From Ministeria vibrans ATCC 50519 (lineage: Eukaryota > Protista > Filasterea), in the NCBI GenBank assembly GCA_943704425.1, contig CALSCP010001443.1, positions 12,044-76,043 on the forward strand: a stretch of DNA of 64,000 nucleotides, in the 5' to 3' direction. Each line of letters starts with the position of its first letter. Within the stretch, counting starts at the first letter, position 1. Below the pieces are notes generated by a model. It was not told the DNA's origin and did not search any database. It was given only the letters and a program-made list of their open reading frames with translations. The position numbers and the translations under genes were made by a program. This document shows, in pieces, positions 31,236 through 51,824 of this stretch.

Positions 31236-31514
31236 ATTCCCACGGCGGGGGGTTGCTTATTATTGGAATATTATTGATTGAACTCATTGATTGGCGATTG
31301 ATCATATTTCGCAGTGATCGCAGTGCTGTCTGATCAAACACTTCGAAGTTCTGTTAGAAGACAGACTGACACAGTGGGTGTCCGGTGTCCCTGTGTCAGT
31401 GATACAGTGACTTTACTACCTACTCAGAGATCAAAGGTGAGTGACCCATCACTCAATTCACATAGTGAGTAAAGCGACTAATTATTATACATAGGCATTC
31501 ATTTTTTTCTTCCT

Positions 31515-34500
31515 ATGGAGCCCCCAGGGACCCCATTGACTCCTTTACCTCCGACTGCGGAGCCCCTCGACGAACACCGTATAAAAGTTTTTCGAGCCAA
31601 GTCATTTTCGCCCGACGTTCACATTCATCAAGTGGCAAGGTAGAATTACACTGACACACACAGACCTATACACACATACTCACTCACTCACTCACTCACT
31701 CACTCACTTACTTACTTACTCACACACACATACACACACACACATTCACACACACTCACTCACTCACTCATTCACTCACTCACTAACTCACTCACTCACT
31801 CACTCACTCTCTCACTCACTCACACACTCACACACACTCGCACTTTCCCTCTGTCTCCACCACTCATCCGCACAGTCACGCTCCAGGTAAGACAAGAGGG
31901 CCAATGGACCAGGACCATAAAACGTATTTTCATGTTTTTGCGTAGACGACCCTGCTGCGGCACTGCGGGACGAGCGCGACGCACTTCAGCGGGAGCACAA
32001 GAAGGTTGCTCAGGTATGCGCGCTAGTGGCGTGGTAGAATATGCTCATTCTGTGTGTTTTTTTTTTGCTCGGGGGGTTTTTAGGCGTTGAAGCGCAATGT
32101 GTATCGAAACTACACCGCTTTCATTACGACTGCCAAGAACATTGCGACGCTCGAGACAGACATGTCGCGCCTTCGCATGCTGCTTCACGAGCAGACAGAC
32201 ATCATCCAGTCGGTGAGTAATGTCTGTGTGAGCGAACGTGCCGCCTATGGCACGGACGATGAGCTGTTGGAGACGCGTGATCCCGCGTCGATTGTGGCTT
32301 GCGAGCGTGTTCTCGCGCGCATCGACGGCACGTCACGTCTACTTCCCGTCAACAAGTCGCGTACACTTCGTCGTGAGGGCATGGCGACCGAGATGGACCC
32401 GGAGACGCGCGAGGTTACGCGCATTGTTCGTCTGGTGCTCTTCAGCGACCTTCTCCTCATTGCTGTCGAGGTTGCGCCACACAAGGGCAACAAACGCGGC
32501 AGCAGTATACAACAACAACAACAGCAACAACAGCAACAGCAACAACAGCAACAGCAGCAGATGGACGAGGGGCATGGACAAGAGCTGTCTTCGACAAGCA
32601 TCTCCGGCAAACATGGACTGCTGAGTGGCGTCAAACGACGGCTGGGCGGCGGCACGACCACTGCTGGTGGTGGGTCAGGTCTCAACAGCCGCACATCCAG
32701 TGTGGTATCAACCACTTCACTGCAGCAGCAACAGCAATTACAACAGAAGGGGATGAACCTGGAGCTCGTCTCCCCTCCTCCTGCTGTGCCTATTCGTCCG
32801 TCCCACTCGCGTCTGCTCACCCTGCTTCGTGGCAACTCCTCACATCACACAACGGAGACGCAGTGGCGCGCAGACAGCGTTGTCTCCTTGCGCGATCTCT
32901 CCGTTGTCGACATGCCGCCATCGCTCAATGCGGAGAATGCGTTTGAGGTGTTCACGCCCACCCGCCACGCCTTCAACACAGTCTCGCGAGACGAGAAGGC
33001 ACAGTGGCTAGCGGCGTTTGACAAGGCTCAGCAGCGCTCACGTGCACACGATCAAATGCGTTTAGAGGCTGAGGAGCGTGCAGCGCAGCAGCGACGACGC
33101 GAGTACAAGCGGGTCCAAAGCTACAAGCGGCACAAGGAGGCGGGCGAGGCGGCCGCAAGCATTCTGGAGACGCCGTGGATCATGGAGATGCCGGATGAGT
33201 TGGATGTGCATATTGCGCAGCGTGACTTTGAAGCGGCCGCGGCACTTGTGTTGCGCTCGCGTGCGTTTCTCGGGGAGCAAGCGTTGTCGCCCGTGCGGAT
33301 GCACATGGAAGGGGCACTGGACGAGCGGGCAGTACTATTGGCTGAGACGGTACAACGTGAGCTGCGCAAGCCTATGCTGGGCGGGCGGGCCCTGCGCACG
33401 GGCGTCGCGGTGCTCCGACAGCTTGGCCATGTCGACCGTGCTCGCCACCTCCATCTCGTTGCGGCTGCACAGCGACTTAGAGTCCGTCTCAAAGTGCTCA
33501 AAATGGATCACACAGCTCAAGTACGAATCAATAATATGAGTCAGAGATTTTGAGAAGAAATAGAAGGGAGGAAAAAAGAAAAAAAGTGATAGAGAGAGAT
33601 AAAGAAAGAAAGAGAGAAATGACAGATAGACGTAGTTTTTATATTGAAAGAAAGAGAGAAAATAGAGAGAAACGCAGTTTTTATATTGAGAGTGTGACTA
33701 ACAATGTGATGTTTCAGGCGTACATTGACGCTCTTGGCTCTACATTTGTCTCGGGCATCACTGACATTGTGCGAGAGTACCTTGAACTGTTTCCCGAGCC
33801 CGAAGGACAGTCCATTCTGGTTGTGTGGGCTATTGGGGAGCTTGAGTGCTTCTCAGAGGTCTTCTCATGGCAGGTCAAGAAGCGCTTATTTTTCTTTTTT
33901 TTACTTGTGCATCCTCACTCTCCCTCACGCAAGCATTTTCACTCTCTGTCACTCTCTCAGCCTTTCTTGCTCACACTGCATGACTCCGTAGGTGTTCCAC
34001 CGAAATCCCTTCTCAGTTGTCTGTGAGTGTGCGCAGATTGCGGTGGCGCAGCACATGCGGACCCTACAGGAGTATGTGGGTCTCGATCTGGTGTTTGTGC
34101 TGCAGCGCATTCTCTACGTGGACATTCGTGCGAGCGCCGAACGGGAATATACAGGAATACTCACTGCGATGGAAGAGGACATTGCCGCAGAGACATGGCA
34201 ACGTAGGATCTCTTCCATTGCATGTCATGCTCACACACAGTTGCTTTTTTTCTTTTCTATTTTTTCTTTTTTTTCTCTCTCTTTTTTACAGCTGCGGTGG
34301 AAGAGAGTGCGCTGATGCGCTTGGGAGATGAGTCCACCGACTGTCTCTCTCCTGCGAGTGTGCGCAAGAGCAGTACCGCACAACAAACACTGTGTACTAG
34401 CACACTCAACTTTGCCAATGCTCTTGTGCGCTTCAAGCGCTGTGCGGCCAAATGTGAGAATTCAGATCTGCTCTTTTTCATTGCCGAGTGTTGTGCGCGC

Positions 34501-34798
34501 GCCATTCGTCATTTTGTCGATGTCCTTGTGCGCAGAGCGTCGCCGCTCAAAGGTATATCACAACGCAATTCAAAACTGCTCCACCATATACAATATAACT
34601 GTAATGGGCATCATAGACAAACGACTGGCCAAGCTGATTCTTCAGAATGCACAGCACGCAAGCACGACACTGGCTCCCAATTTGGAGCGGTCTCTGCGGC
34701 AGTGGATTGGGCGCATGCCGCCCGTGTGGCACGACGCAGTTACCTGTGCCGCCTCCCGCGTCAACGAAGGCTTTCTCAAGATCGACGAGCCGATGTAG
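31515..34798 (+). CDS. EXOC8: Exocyst subunit Exo84, multi-exon
   Basis: Vps51/Exo84 N-terminal motif LKRNVYRNYTAFITTAKNIATLETDM, PH-like domain (LVLFSDLLLIA...EKAQWL), and MPDELDVHIAQRDFEAA. Confidence 0.88.
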
Positions 34799-34948
34799 AG
34801 TATCTTTGTGAGTGCTGTGCAATGCAAACTGTTTATAATTGTCTTCGAATGGTGTTAGGACAAAATAATAATAACAATAATTATTATTATTATAGTATTA
34901 CTATTATTTTGTTATAAATAAAATAATATAAAGTATTTCACTGATGAT

Positions 34949-37389
<2,441 letters not shown>

Positions 37390-37846
37390 AGTGTCGCAAA
37401 GGAGTAAGAATTAAGAAATAAGTGACTTAATTCTTATTATTGATCAGTTAACAGTTGATCAGTTAACAGTTGATCATCCTTTGCCGTTTTTGGCCCTTTA
37501 AATTTAAAGGGAATATTGATTATTGCTTCTCTGTCTGACGACTGACAGTCTGACTCTGTCTGTCTGAGACAGTCTGACTCAGAGTCTATGATCAGACTGT
37601 GATCAGACTGACTGCTACTTAGATTATAGAATGAAGTACTATTTCACAAATGAAGACCTTTCCAATTTCACAATTTACTTTGTATAATAAACGAAAAGCG
37701 AGTGAGTCAAGCGACAAGCCAACAACACCGAACGCAAAGAGCTCATGAGCAGAACGCAATTAGCCTCGTTATTATTATAACCCTAATCACTGTCGGATTT
37801 GTCATTTTGCGTTTTCGGTAATTCGTTATTCGGTTATTATTGTTGA

Positions 37847-39469
37847 ATGGTTCGTCGGTCCTTTCGTGTGGCGATCATTGTCATAATCGCCGTTTCCTTT
37901 GCGCCAGGGTTCTCTCAGGCAATTTCTCCTGGCCTGTTAACGAATTGGCGTGAGAAGCGAGAAGAGTTTCAGAGCTTTTATGACGATACTGGATGCCAAG
38001 CTCAAATTCCACGATTTTTCAAAGTGGAAAAGCAGTGGCTAGAGCACACGGAGGGAAGAGAGCGCCCCTGCACCACGGGTGCATGCTCACAGGCGTCGAT
38101 AGACCTTCTTGACGCGCTGCGGGCGTACGACGACGGCACGTTTGCCCGAAGCGACCGCGACAGCTCTGCCTCGAACATTGCCCGCAACTTCTTGCGTGTC
38201 CGAAAAAAGGTCGCCGCGAGCCCCGAGGGCCGCGTTGCATTTGGAAACGAGCTGTTGGCGCCCCTGCTCCCCGCCTATCACCTCGCCGTGCGCGATCGTG
38301 ACCGCAATCGCCATGACAACCGTTTCGCATTGGCTTCCTCCGACCTCGCCGCCTGGCAATGCCTGTATGATGCGACCGGCGGCGCTCATTGGAAGGTGTG
38401 CAGCCGGGCCCGAGACAGACCGTGCTCGTGTGCCAATGTGATTTGCAAGGCGCAGCAGCAGCAACAAGAGGGCGGCAGTACCATTACCCGCCTGCGAATC
38501 GTCGGCCTCGTGCTGCGCCATGCCAACGTCCGCCAAGGTCTGCCACCCTGCATCACCGACTTGAGTGAACTCCGCGTCCTCGACGTGAGCGAGAATCCCA
38601 GAATGAGGGGCGGTTGGCCCGAGGGCATTGCAAAGCTCAGCAAGCTGGAGTTTCTTGCTATGCGTGCGGGTCCAACCGTCCCCGACGACGTCGCACTGCT
38701 GCACAACCTTCAAGCGCTGGATCTCAGCTCTGGCGCTTCACTCATTCCGTTCGACACGCTCACGCCGCTCTGCCGCCTGCCCAACCTCAAGTTGTTGGGT
38801 CTGATAAACTCGTATGTGGGTGCTCTCCCGCCATGCATTGGAAACCTCACGTCGCTCTTGCGCCTTGAGCTGAGTGGCAACCGCATGATGAACACGGGCA
38901 TCCCCACCGAATGGGGTACGCTTGTGAACCTGCGAGTGTTTGTGTCCTTCCAGAACGGGGCAGTGTTGTGTCCGCCACCCGATGTCCCGCCCGACACCTG
39001 TCGCCCGCTCTACCAGGCTGCGGTTGAGTACGCAACGGAAGAGTCCTGGTTGTGCCGCGAGCTGGCTCTTGCGGGCCCCATTCCGGACTCACTGCGCAAC
39101 TGGAGGAAGATTGAGAAATTCTGGGTGGACGCAAACTATCTGTCGGGTTCCATACCGGACTGGATTGGCACAGATTGGCCGATGCTGCGCAAGATAGATC
39201 TGTTCAACAATGCCTTTACGGGAGCCATTCCCGAGTTGATGGGTCAACTCACGCTGCTTGACTATGCACAACTGCAGGACAACCAGCTCAGCGGTACCAT
39301 TCCGCGCGCTCTCTCGCATCTCCCGCGTCTGCGGTTTCTCAACGTCGCACTCAACTCGAATCTCACCGGCTGTGTCCGTCCCAACAACTTTCCTTCCTAC
39401 AGCGCAATGTACAGTGGCTCAGGGGTGTTGCCCTGCAAGAATTCGGAGATTTCCAACTCGGACTTGTGA
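37847..39469 (+). CDS. Secretory-pathway plant-type LRR protein, paralog 3 (intronless)
   Basis: Hydrophobic N-terminus; same Cys-rich domain, LRRs and SFQNG..CPP island as the other paralogs; ends ...SNSDL. Confidence 0.88.
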   Translation: MVRRSFRVAIIVIIAVSFAPGFSQAISPGLLTNWREKREEFQSFYDDTGCQAQIPRFFKVEKQWLEHTEGRERPCTTGACSQASIDLLDALRAYDDGTFARSDRDSSASNIARNFLRVRKKVAASPEGRVAFGNELLAPLLPAYHLAVRDRDRNRHDNRFALASSDLAAWQCLYDATGGAHWKVCSRARDRPCSCANVICKAQQQQQEGGSTITRLRIVGLVLRHANVRQGLPPCITDLSELRVLDVSENPRMRGGWPEGIAKLSKLEFLAMRAGPTVPDDVALLHNLQALDLSSGASLIPFDTLTPLCRLPNLKLLGLINSYVGALPPCIGNLTSLLRLELSGNRMMNTGIPTEWGTLVNLRVFVSFQNGAVLCPPPDVPPDTCRPLYQAAVEYATEESWLCRELALAGPIPDSLRNWRKIEKFWVDANYLSGSIPDWIGTDWPMLRKIDLFNNAFTGAIPELMGQLTLLDYAQLQDNQLSGTIPRALSHLPRLRFLNVALNSNLTGCVRPNNFPSYSAMYSGSGVLPCKNSEISNSDL

Positions 39470-39766
39470 AAGTGAATGAATGAATAATATTATAACAATG
39501 TTGAGCACCTTCTTTTGTATTTACAATTGATGTAGCGGGGAAAGCACCTGCAAACACACAATACTATAGTGATACTAACATGCTACAAACTAATATGATT
39601 AATCTGGACTATTTTTGATATTCTTTCTCGCTTGTGCATTTGTCCGTATTTATATTTAAATCGATCTGAGTGAGACCCAAAAAATAATTATGTTGAGATT
39701 TTCATTTTTGTCACACTTTTTTTTTCTTGATCTTTTTACGACCATTCAAGATCTCAAGCATCGGTG

Positions 39767-41642
<1,876 letters not shown>

Positions 41643-43368
41643 GTAGTTTGTACTTCCATATAAAAATCTTTTTTTTTATATAGTTCAATGGTGACGATTG
41701 TAACACGTGACATTCTTCTGTTCTGAAATATGATTCAACAACAAAAGTATCATTGTGATTTTTGCACGAATTTTGTGTCTTGACAAAAGAGTATCTTCAC
41801 ATCTTTCACTATAATGTTTCTTGAGTCCTGTACCTTGTTACTCTTTTACACCCTATTTAATGACTAATGAGGGTCGAATGAGTTGTGCTGTGCTGTTCCG
41901 TACAATAAGATCGAATTGATTACATTGATTTAACTTTTAACTTTTAATTTTAAGTTTTAGTCTTTTGTTGATTGTCAAGATGCGCGTCGGCCAGTATGTT
42001 CCATTGTTCCCACGACGCATGCGGGAAGCACGGTGTTTCGTGTACTTTTCAACATTTGGTTCGAGACTTTCCTCTCCATTGTCACTCCTCACCCGCTGTA
42101 CCCTCCTGACAGCCCTGAGCTTCTACATGACCTTTCTATTTGAATACCCCGACAGCGGCGAGCCTGATTGCTCTACGAAGGTCAGCCGCAATGGTCTGTG
42201 TGTGATATTTTTCTCTGACACGACGAAATCTCTGAGTAGTTTCGAGAATTCACTGACGGAACCTACGCTCGATTTCTCGGGCTTCCTGCGCTTCCTTCGA
42301 AGTACAAGACGTCCTCAGGGCCGGCAGCTGAGTGATGGACACACACCAGTGGTCTCTTGCACATACATTTGTAACAAAATTGCGATCTGTCTTTATACTA
42401 TCTTATAAGCGATTGAGTTGTCCTGTTTGTCTGGGTGGTTCGTGGGTGTCGAGTGCGTGGCAAGAAGACAGCGCAATGCCCTCTGATCACAGCCAGCAGA
42501 TGGCAAGCACACACCTCACGACTCTCTTCTCTGTACAGTTGCAATTAAAGGTGTATGTGAAACAAAACAAAAAAAAAACAACCAATTCCTCCGGGCTGGA
42601 CCGCCGGCGCTCGAGCCCACCCCCCACCCCCATGCGGCTGCGCAGCGGGCGTCTATTGACCCTTGGGCACGACGAGACTGATGTTTTCGCCAAACACTCC
42701 CCAGCTCTCCCAGTTCTTCTACACAGCACAGTGAGATCGCGTGACACTTGAGACAAGACACCTACCTGGTAGATTACAACCCATACGATCAGACAGACGA
42801 GCCAGAAGACCACACTAAACGCCGAAATGGCCATGTCTACGAAAAATCCATTGTGTCACGCCAAGAAAAACCCACAACGCTCCCTAGACATGACTCCTCT
42901 TCAGCCTCAACACTCCACGGACGCCAGCAAGGCACCAAGGGACCCGCTCGATGAGCCAACCTGCACAGCAAAAACATCTTTGGAACTTACAACTTACATT
43001 TCTTGAAAAGACGGTTGGCAGACGGCTCATTGGCGACGCGCCAGAACCACACTAGGTTAACAAGACCGAGCCAGGGCAAGGCAAGCAGCGAGCCGTACGC
43101 GTACTTGCGACAGACGTTGAGTCTGTCCTCTTCGGACATTTTACGCATGTTCATCGCGATAAAAGTGCTTCAACAAGTCCACTGGTCAACGGACAACGGC
43201 TGCAACTATGCCAGGGTACGACAAGACAAAAATTGATTATTGAGTATTGACAATTTGACATATTTTGACCTTCTCTTACACGATCAAAAAAGATATTCAA
43301 AAACCCATTCTTAATCTTCTTCCGTACAGTGCGTCACCACCACCAATAAGCAACATCCGAACATCAGC

Positions 43369-43726
43369 ATGGAAGACGGAGTGGGTGCAATGCCGTCGAT
43401 CCCGACAAACTTTCGCAAGGTTGAACTTATTTCTTCATTCTGTCGTCGCTGAGCGCCCTCTCGTCAATTCCAGAATCGCCGATGCAGCGTCTCTGCAGAG
43501 ACCATGACTCCTTCCAGTGAAACTCACGATCTTGTCGAAAAGGTTCGTTAACCTTTTTGGTAAAAAAAAAAAAAATTGCTGACGTGTTTTTTTCTTCTGT
43601 CTCTCTTTCTCTCTCTTAAGGTCGTCATTCCCAAGTCTGATTCTGCCCGTTCGCGCATTGCGGCTGCCACTGCCAAAAACCTCTTGTTCCGCAACCTCGA
43701 CGATGAGCAGTTGAAAGGTGCAAAGA

Positions 43727-43758
<32 letters not shown>

Positions 43759-44795
43759 TCAGCGCACAAACCCCCGTCCGGACGTACCGCCGACAGGACG
43801 CGCCCCTGCCGCCCCTTGCCCTCCCCGGCCGCCCCTTGCCCTCCCCATGCCCCACTTCCATTCCATGCTGGGCCATGCGACCAGCCAACGGGCTGCTTGC
43901 GCTCTGTTGCGGTGCAGATTCGGTTTGTCTGAATGGCGTTGTGTTCTGTTGCAGATGTTGTCGATGCGATGTTCGAGAGGAAAGTTGAGGTGGGCGAAGA
44001 GATTATCAAGCAGGGAGACGAAGGCGACAACTTCTATGTGATTGACGACGGCACCTTCGACGTGCTGGTGGACGGCAAGAAGGTGGTGACCATTGATGAT
44101 GGTGGATCCTTTGGCGAGCTGGCGCTCATGTACAATGCACCGCGCGCCGCAACAGTAGTGGCAACACGCGACTCGCTGTGCTGGGCAGTCGACCGACAGT
44201 CGTTCCGTCGTATCCTCATGGACACTACTTCGCGTAAGCGACGCATGTACGAGTCCTTTTTGGCGTCCGTGCCGCTGCTCGAGTCGCTCACGCACCACGA
44301 ACGCTGCAAGGTCGCCGATGCTCTTGAACCGGTTGTGTTTGACGCGGGCGCGACCATCATCACCGAGGGCGACACGCAGGCCAATACCTTTTACATTGTC
44401 GAGTCGGGCGACTGCATTGCCACCAAACTCAACTCGGCGCGTACACAAGAACAGGTCGCCAGTTACGCCGCCGGCGGTTACTTTGGCGGTAAACTTTCCA
44501 TCACACCGCGACGCACTCTCTTCCCTCCCCCCGTTACTAAATCAAACCGCACTCCTCGCTGTAGAACTGTCGCTCATCACGGACAAGCCGCGTGCGGCGT
44601 CAATCAGTGCCAAAACAGATGTCAAGTGCGTTGCACTCGATCGCGCCTCATTTGTCCGTCTGATGGTCAGTCCAGAGAGGAGGAACGACGAGACACTTTA
44701 GCACTGACTTGTATGTATGTATGGTGTAGGGTCCTTGTCAAGATATCTTGAAACGAAACATGTCAAATTACGAGAAGATTAACAAACAGCTCTGA
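43369..44795 (+). CDS. PRKAR: cAMP-dependent protein kinase regulatory subunit
   Basis: Inhibitor site RRCSVSAE, VVIPKS..., and two cNMP-binding cassettes (FGELALMYNAPRAATV and FGELSLITDKPRAASI). Confidence 0.93.
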
Positions 44796-44991
44796 CCAAT
44801 TTAATATCATTTTTTTCCAGCCCAATGGAAGTAAACACACACCTCTAAATGAAAACAAAAAAACGCATTGTCTTACTCTAAACAACAAGGAATGAATAGA
44901 ATGACCTCGAAGGGGTCTCACAGACTATAAAAAAACAAACATTGTCTTACAATATACAGCAAAAAATGAACAGGATGATCTCGAAGGGGTC

Positions 44992-47833
<2,842 letters not shown>

Positions 47834-47982
47834 GTGCCCACTGCAAACTATGCAACCGAGTGTAGTCTCACAATCAAAAATAAGTTAATCTTGAACTTTT
47901 GTCTTTTCAGTTTTCATTTCTGGGGCGAGATCAAACGAGTAAAATAGAATTGTAATACTCACTCTTTCTGTCTGTGTCGACG

Positions 47983-50900
47983 ATGCGCATCGTGAAACCG
48001 TCGTGGGTGTCGCACAACGGCGATGCCATCTTTTCGGTGGACATCCATCCAGACAGGAGCCGCTTTGTCACGTCGGGACACGATGGAAAGGTCATTTTTC
48101 CCTCTTCGTCTCATTCCGTCTTGCTCCAACGTCTTTTTTTTTTTTTTTTTTTTTCTTGTGTGGTTATCTCGCGCGCAACGGTCCTTCATTTACAAGTCCG
48201 TTTTTGGCCGCATTTTGCCCTCTTCTCGCCTGAATATCCCCTCAGGCCGCTGGCACGCCTCCAGGCCCATGGATCGTGTGGCGTGCAGCCTGCGCTGCCG
48301 CTGCATCTCCGCTCACCGTCATCCTTTTTGTCAGTGTGCGTGTGTGTGTGTGTGTGGTGTGTCTGTGTGTTTTGCGACTTTGCCCCAACTTCCCTCATCA
48401 GCACGGCGTAGCCGCCCCCTTGCGCCTTAGCCCAGTTTTGCCACCCTTTCCCCACACTTGTGGTCTTTCAGCGGGTCCGTCCGACGCGCTGCTGCGCCGC
48501 GAGAGGCATGATGATGCCAAGTCGCCTCTCTGTCTCTCCTTCGCTCTCTCTCCACACACACACACACACATACACACACACACCAGCCAGCCACACGTAT
48601 CCACTCACTGCCATCTCAATGTCATGCACAGGTTAAGATATGGAGCATTGCGCCGCTGCTGAGCGCCGAGGCAGAGTCAGACGAGTCCCTTCCGAAACTG
48701 CTGGCGACTCTGCCGAATCATATGCGCTCTGTCAACACTGCACGCTTCTCGCCCGAGGGTCTTCTGGCGACCGCCTCCGACGACGAAACTGTCATGATCT
48801 GGCAAGAGATGCAAAGCGTCGGCAACTTCGCCATGGGCGGCAGTCTGGGCAACGACAGCATTGAAAATTGGCGGTGCCGGCATGTGTTGCGTGGTCACTC
48901 GGGCGACGTGGTGGACCTCGCCTGGTCCCTTGACAGCCAATACCTGGCGACGTGTAGTGTTGATACCAGCATCATTGTGTGGGCAACACCCACCGCCACA
49001 CTGCCGACGTTTCGCGAGGTCAAACGACTCACGGGCCACACAGGTCACGTCAAAGGGATCTGTTGGGATCCCGTGGGTCGCTTTCTCGCCAGTGCAGGCG
49101 ACGATCGACGTCTTCTGGTCTGGCGCACCTCCGACTGGGGCATTGAAACAGACATCCGCGACCCTTTCGCCACTTCGTCCGGCTCCATTCTCTTTCGTCG
49201 TCCCAGCTGGGCACCACACGGCGACCTCATTGTCGCTGCTCATGGCCACAACGACACCATTCCCGTCGCGCCCATTGTCTCTCGTAATCTCTGGGATGCC
49301 ACCTCGAATTATGTGGGCCATTCGGAACCAGTTATAGCGACTCGCTTCCACCCATCCATCTGGAGACAGACCCGAGAAATTCACAGCAAGGGCAAGGGCA
49401 AGGGCAAACGGTCGACCGATGCCGCTTCCTCCACCAAAATGCGACTCGAGGCCATGTGTGCGCTTGCCGGCAAAGACCGTCGTATCAGCGTGTGGACGAC
49501 GTTGCGCGAACGCCCGCTCATTGTCATCGACGAGATCTTCAAACGTGACGTGCTCGACCTGGCGTGGAGCGAAGGCTCGCCCGCACGGCTCATTGCCTGC
49601 TCCCTCGATGGCACCGTTGTCTTTGTGGAGTTCGACATGGACGATCTCGGCGCGGCGCCACTGACAGACGACGAACGCGATCGGACGCTGCGTCAAGCGT
49701 ACGGTGTACACGCGACCCAGGGTGCAGCCGGCTCGACCGTCGCCATGCGACTGGCCGAGTCACCCATGCAGCTGCAGCTGGAAATCAAGGCCAAGGTGGC
49801 GGCACAGCGGGCGGGAGCCAGTGACTCATTGCGCAGGCAAATTCTTTCGCAGCAACAACAACTTGCCGCCAGTGCAGTTGCAGCGACGCCCCAAGAGGTC
49901 GCTAAGAAGCAAGTGGAGACACGCACAAAGGACGGCAGAAGGCGCGTCGCGCCTTCCAACGTGCCCTTAGGCTTTGCAGCGCCCGTGCCCCTCCACACCC
50001 GCATGAATGCTACAGCAATGGACTTTTCCCCGGACAATCCTATCGATGCTCCTAGCACAAGCTCGCTTAATACCCCCCCCATCGCCACTACTGCAACAGC
50101 CGGTGTGCCACGAGCACCTACGACTTCGTCATCTCTGGCGGACGCTACACACATGGGGCGTCTCGAGGCGCGTCTTCTTGGTCGAGAATCCTCCTCGTCC
50201 GCCTCGGGAACCACCACGACCGATAACTTTGGTGGCACATCCACCGCAAACAACACCATCATTAATGTCGCACCTTCGTCTTCTCCCTCGTCGGGTGAAC
50301 CTCTCCTGGTCAACATTCGGCGTCGTGAGTCGTCATCGACCCCGTCCAACTCGGCCGCCGACAAGCCACCGCCAGCCAAGAGACTTCGTCTTGGCTCCTC
50401 CTCCACCCCCACCACCACGACGTCCATGTCAACTACCACGGCCAGTTCGGCAGTCTTCAACGGTGACAACGGAACCACAGCGATCACTGGTGGGCGGGGT
50501 CGCCAGTCACGCAGCGCCACGTCTGCTTCCTCATCGCAAGAGCTTCTTGCCCCACCCGCCACTCTACCTGAGCTTGTTGCCACACTCAAAGTGCCCGTGT
50601 ACACTAATACTGCCTCGTCGACGGAACTGCCCGCACGCTCTCTCAGCGAAGCGCTTCTCAAGATCACCAACGCCGACTCACAAGGTCAGCTTGAGTGTAC
50701 GTGCGAGCGTGTGCCTCAATGGGTGCTCACGCTCAATACGCCCGTGTCGCTACTTGCCACTGCCACCAGCTGGTTCGTCTGTGCCTGCCTCGACTCGACT
50801 GTCAATGTGTTTTCTTCTGCCAGTGGCGTTCGTTTGCTGCCGCCGCTGCAGCTTGCGTCGCCGGCCGCCATTGTGGTTGCCGACGGTGACCGTCTCATGA

Positions 50901-51745
50901 CAGTCTGCACAAAGGGTCTCGTGAACGTGTGGAACATTTCTAGTGTCTCGTGTGAGCTCGAAAATGTGCTGGTGACGCCCATTGCAGCGTGTGCAGACCA
51001 GTCTGTGGCGGTGCGCAGTGCCACGCTGCTTGTGGGCGGCAATCCCACGGTGGCGCTCACGACGGGCCGCTCGTACGTATACCACCGAGCGTTGCGTGCG
51101 TGGGTATTGGTGGGCGACGCAACGATTCCGCGCTACATTGCCGACGTGTCGTCCATGCCCATGGGACCTGTTGCACGATTGCAAACCCTGGCCGAGTCTG
51201 GCTGTAAGAGCGCCGATGCGTTTGTGCTAGCACGCGAGAGTCAATCGGCCAACGAACTGCCACAGCTGCAACGCAACGTGGCGTTAATTCAGTCGCAAAT
51301 GGCGGCAGCGCAGCTACTGCGCAGTGGCTCCGAATATCGCTACTGGCTATGTGCACTCGGACGACTACTGGCGCAGTGCGATGCGCACGTCGACATGTAC
51401 CGCATTCCCGTGCACAGTTTGTGCCGCGGCCTCATTGGCCGAGCACGCGACCGTGTATCGAACAAGGAAGACGGCGATGGGTCGCTGGCTCCTGGCGAAT
51501 GGGCGTCGCACACAATGGTATGAAGAAATGTGTGTGTGTGTGTGTGTGACCTGGAAAACGTACGCCGTTTTTAATTTTTTTTTTTCATCTTCTCACAGGG
51601 ACTGAGCAAACGGGAACTGTTACGGGATTTTATTGAGAGTATGAGCAATTCCAAGCAGTGTCAGGTAGTCGTGAAGGAATTTTACGACGAACTGGCGGAT
51701 CTGAACAATCATGACGAACGCGACGACTTCGACTCCGTCTTGTAG
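47983..51745 (+). CDS. HIRA: Histone chaperone HIRA
   Basis: MRIVKPSWVSHNGDAIFSVDIHPD, WD40 repeats (GHSGDVVDLAWS, GHTGHVKGICWDPVGRFLAS), B-domain KDGRRRVAP, C-terminal EYRYWL. Exons are 47983-48090, 48631-51517 and about 51599-51745. Confidence 0.95.
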
Positions 51746-51824
51746 TACAATTATATTTAATATACACGTTTCTGTTTCATTCACAATAGGTATGAGAGCA
51801 GAACGAAACAACAGAGAATCGTAG

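Noticed and set aside
48196-48290. WD40-like phrase VRFWPH...PLARLQAH in frame within HIRA intron 1
   Set aside because: It has no in-frame AG acceptor. The canonical exon at 48631 (VKIWSIAPLL) matches HIRA well, so this is probably coincidence.
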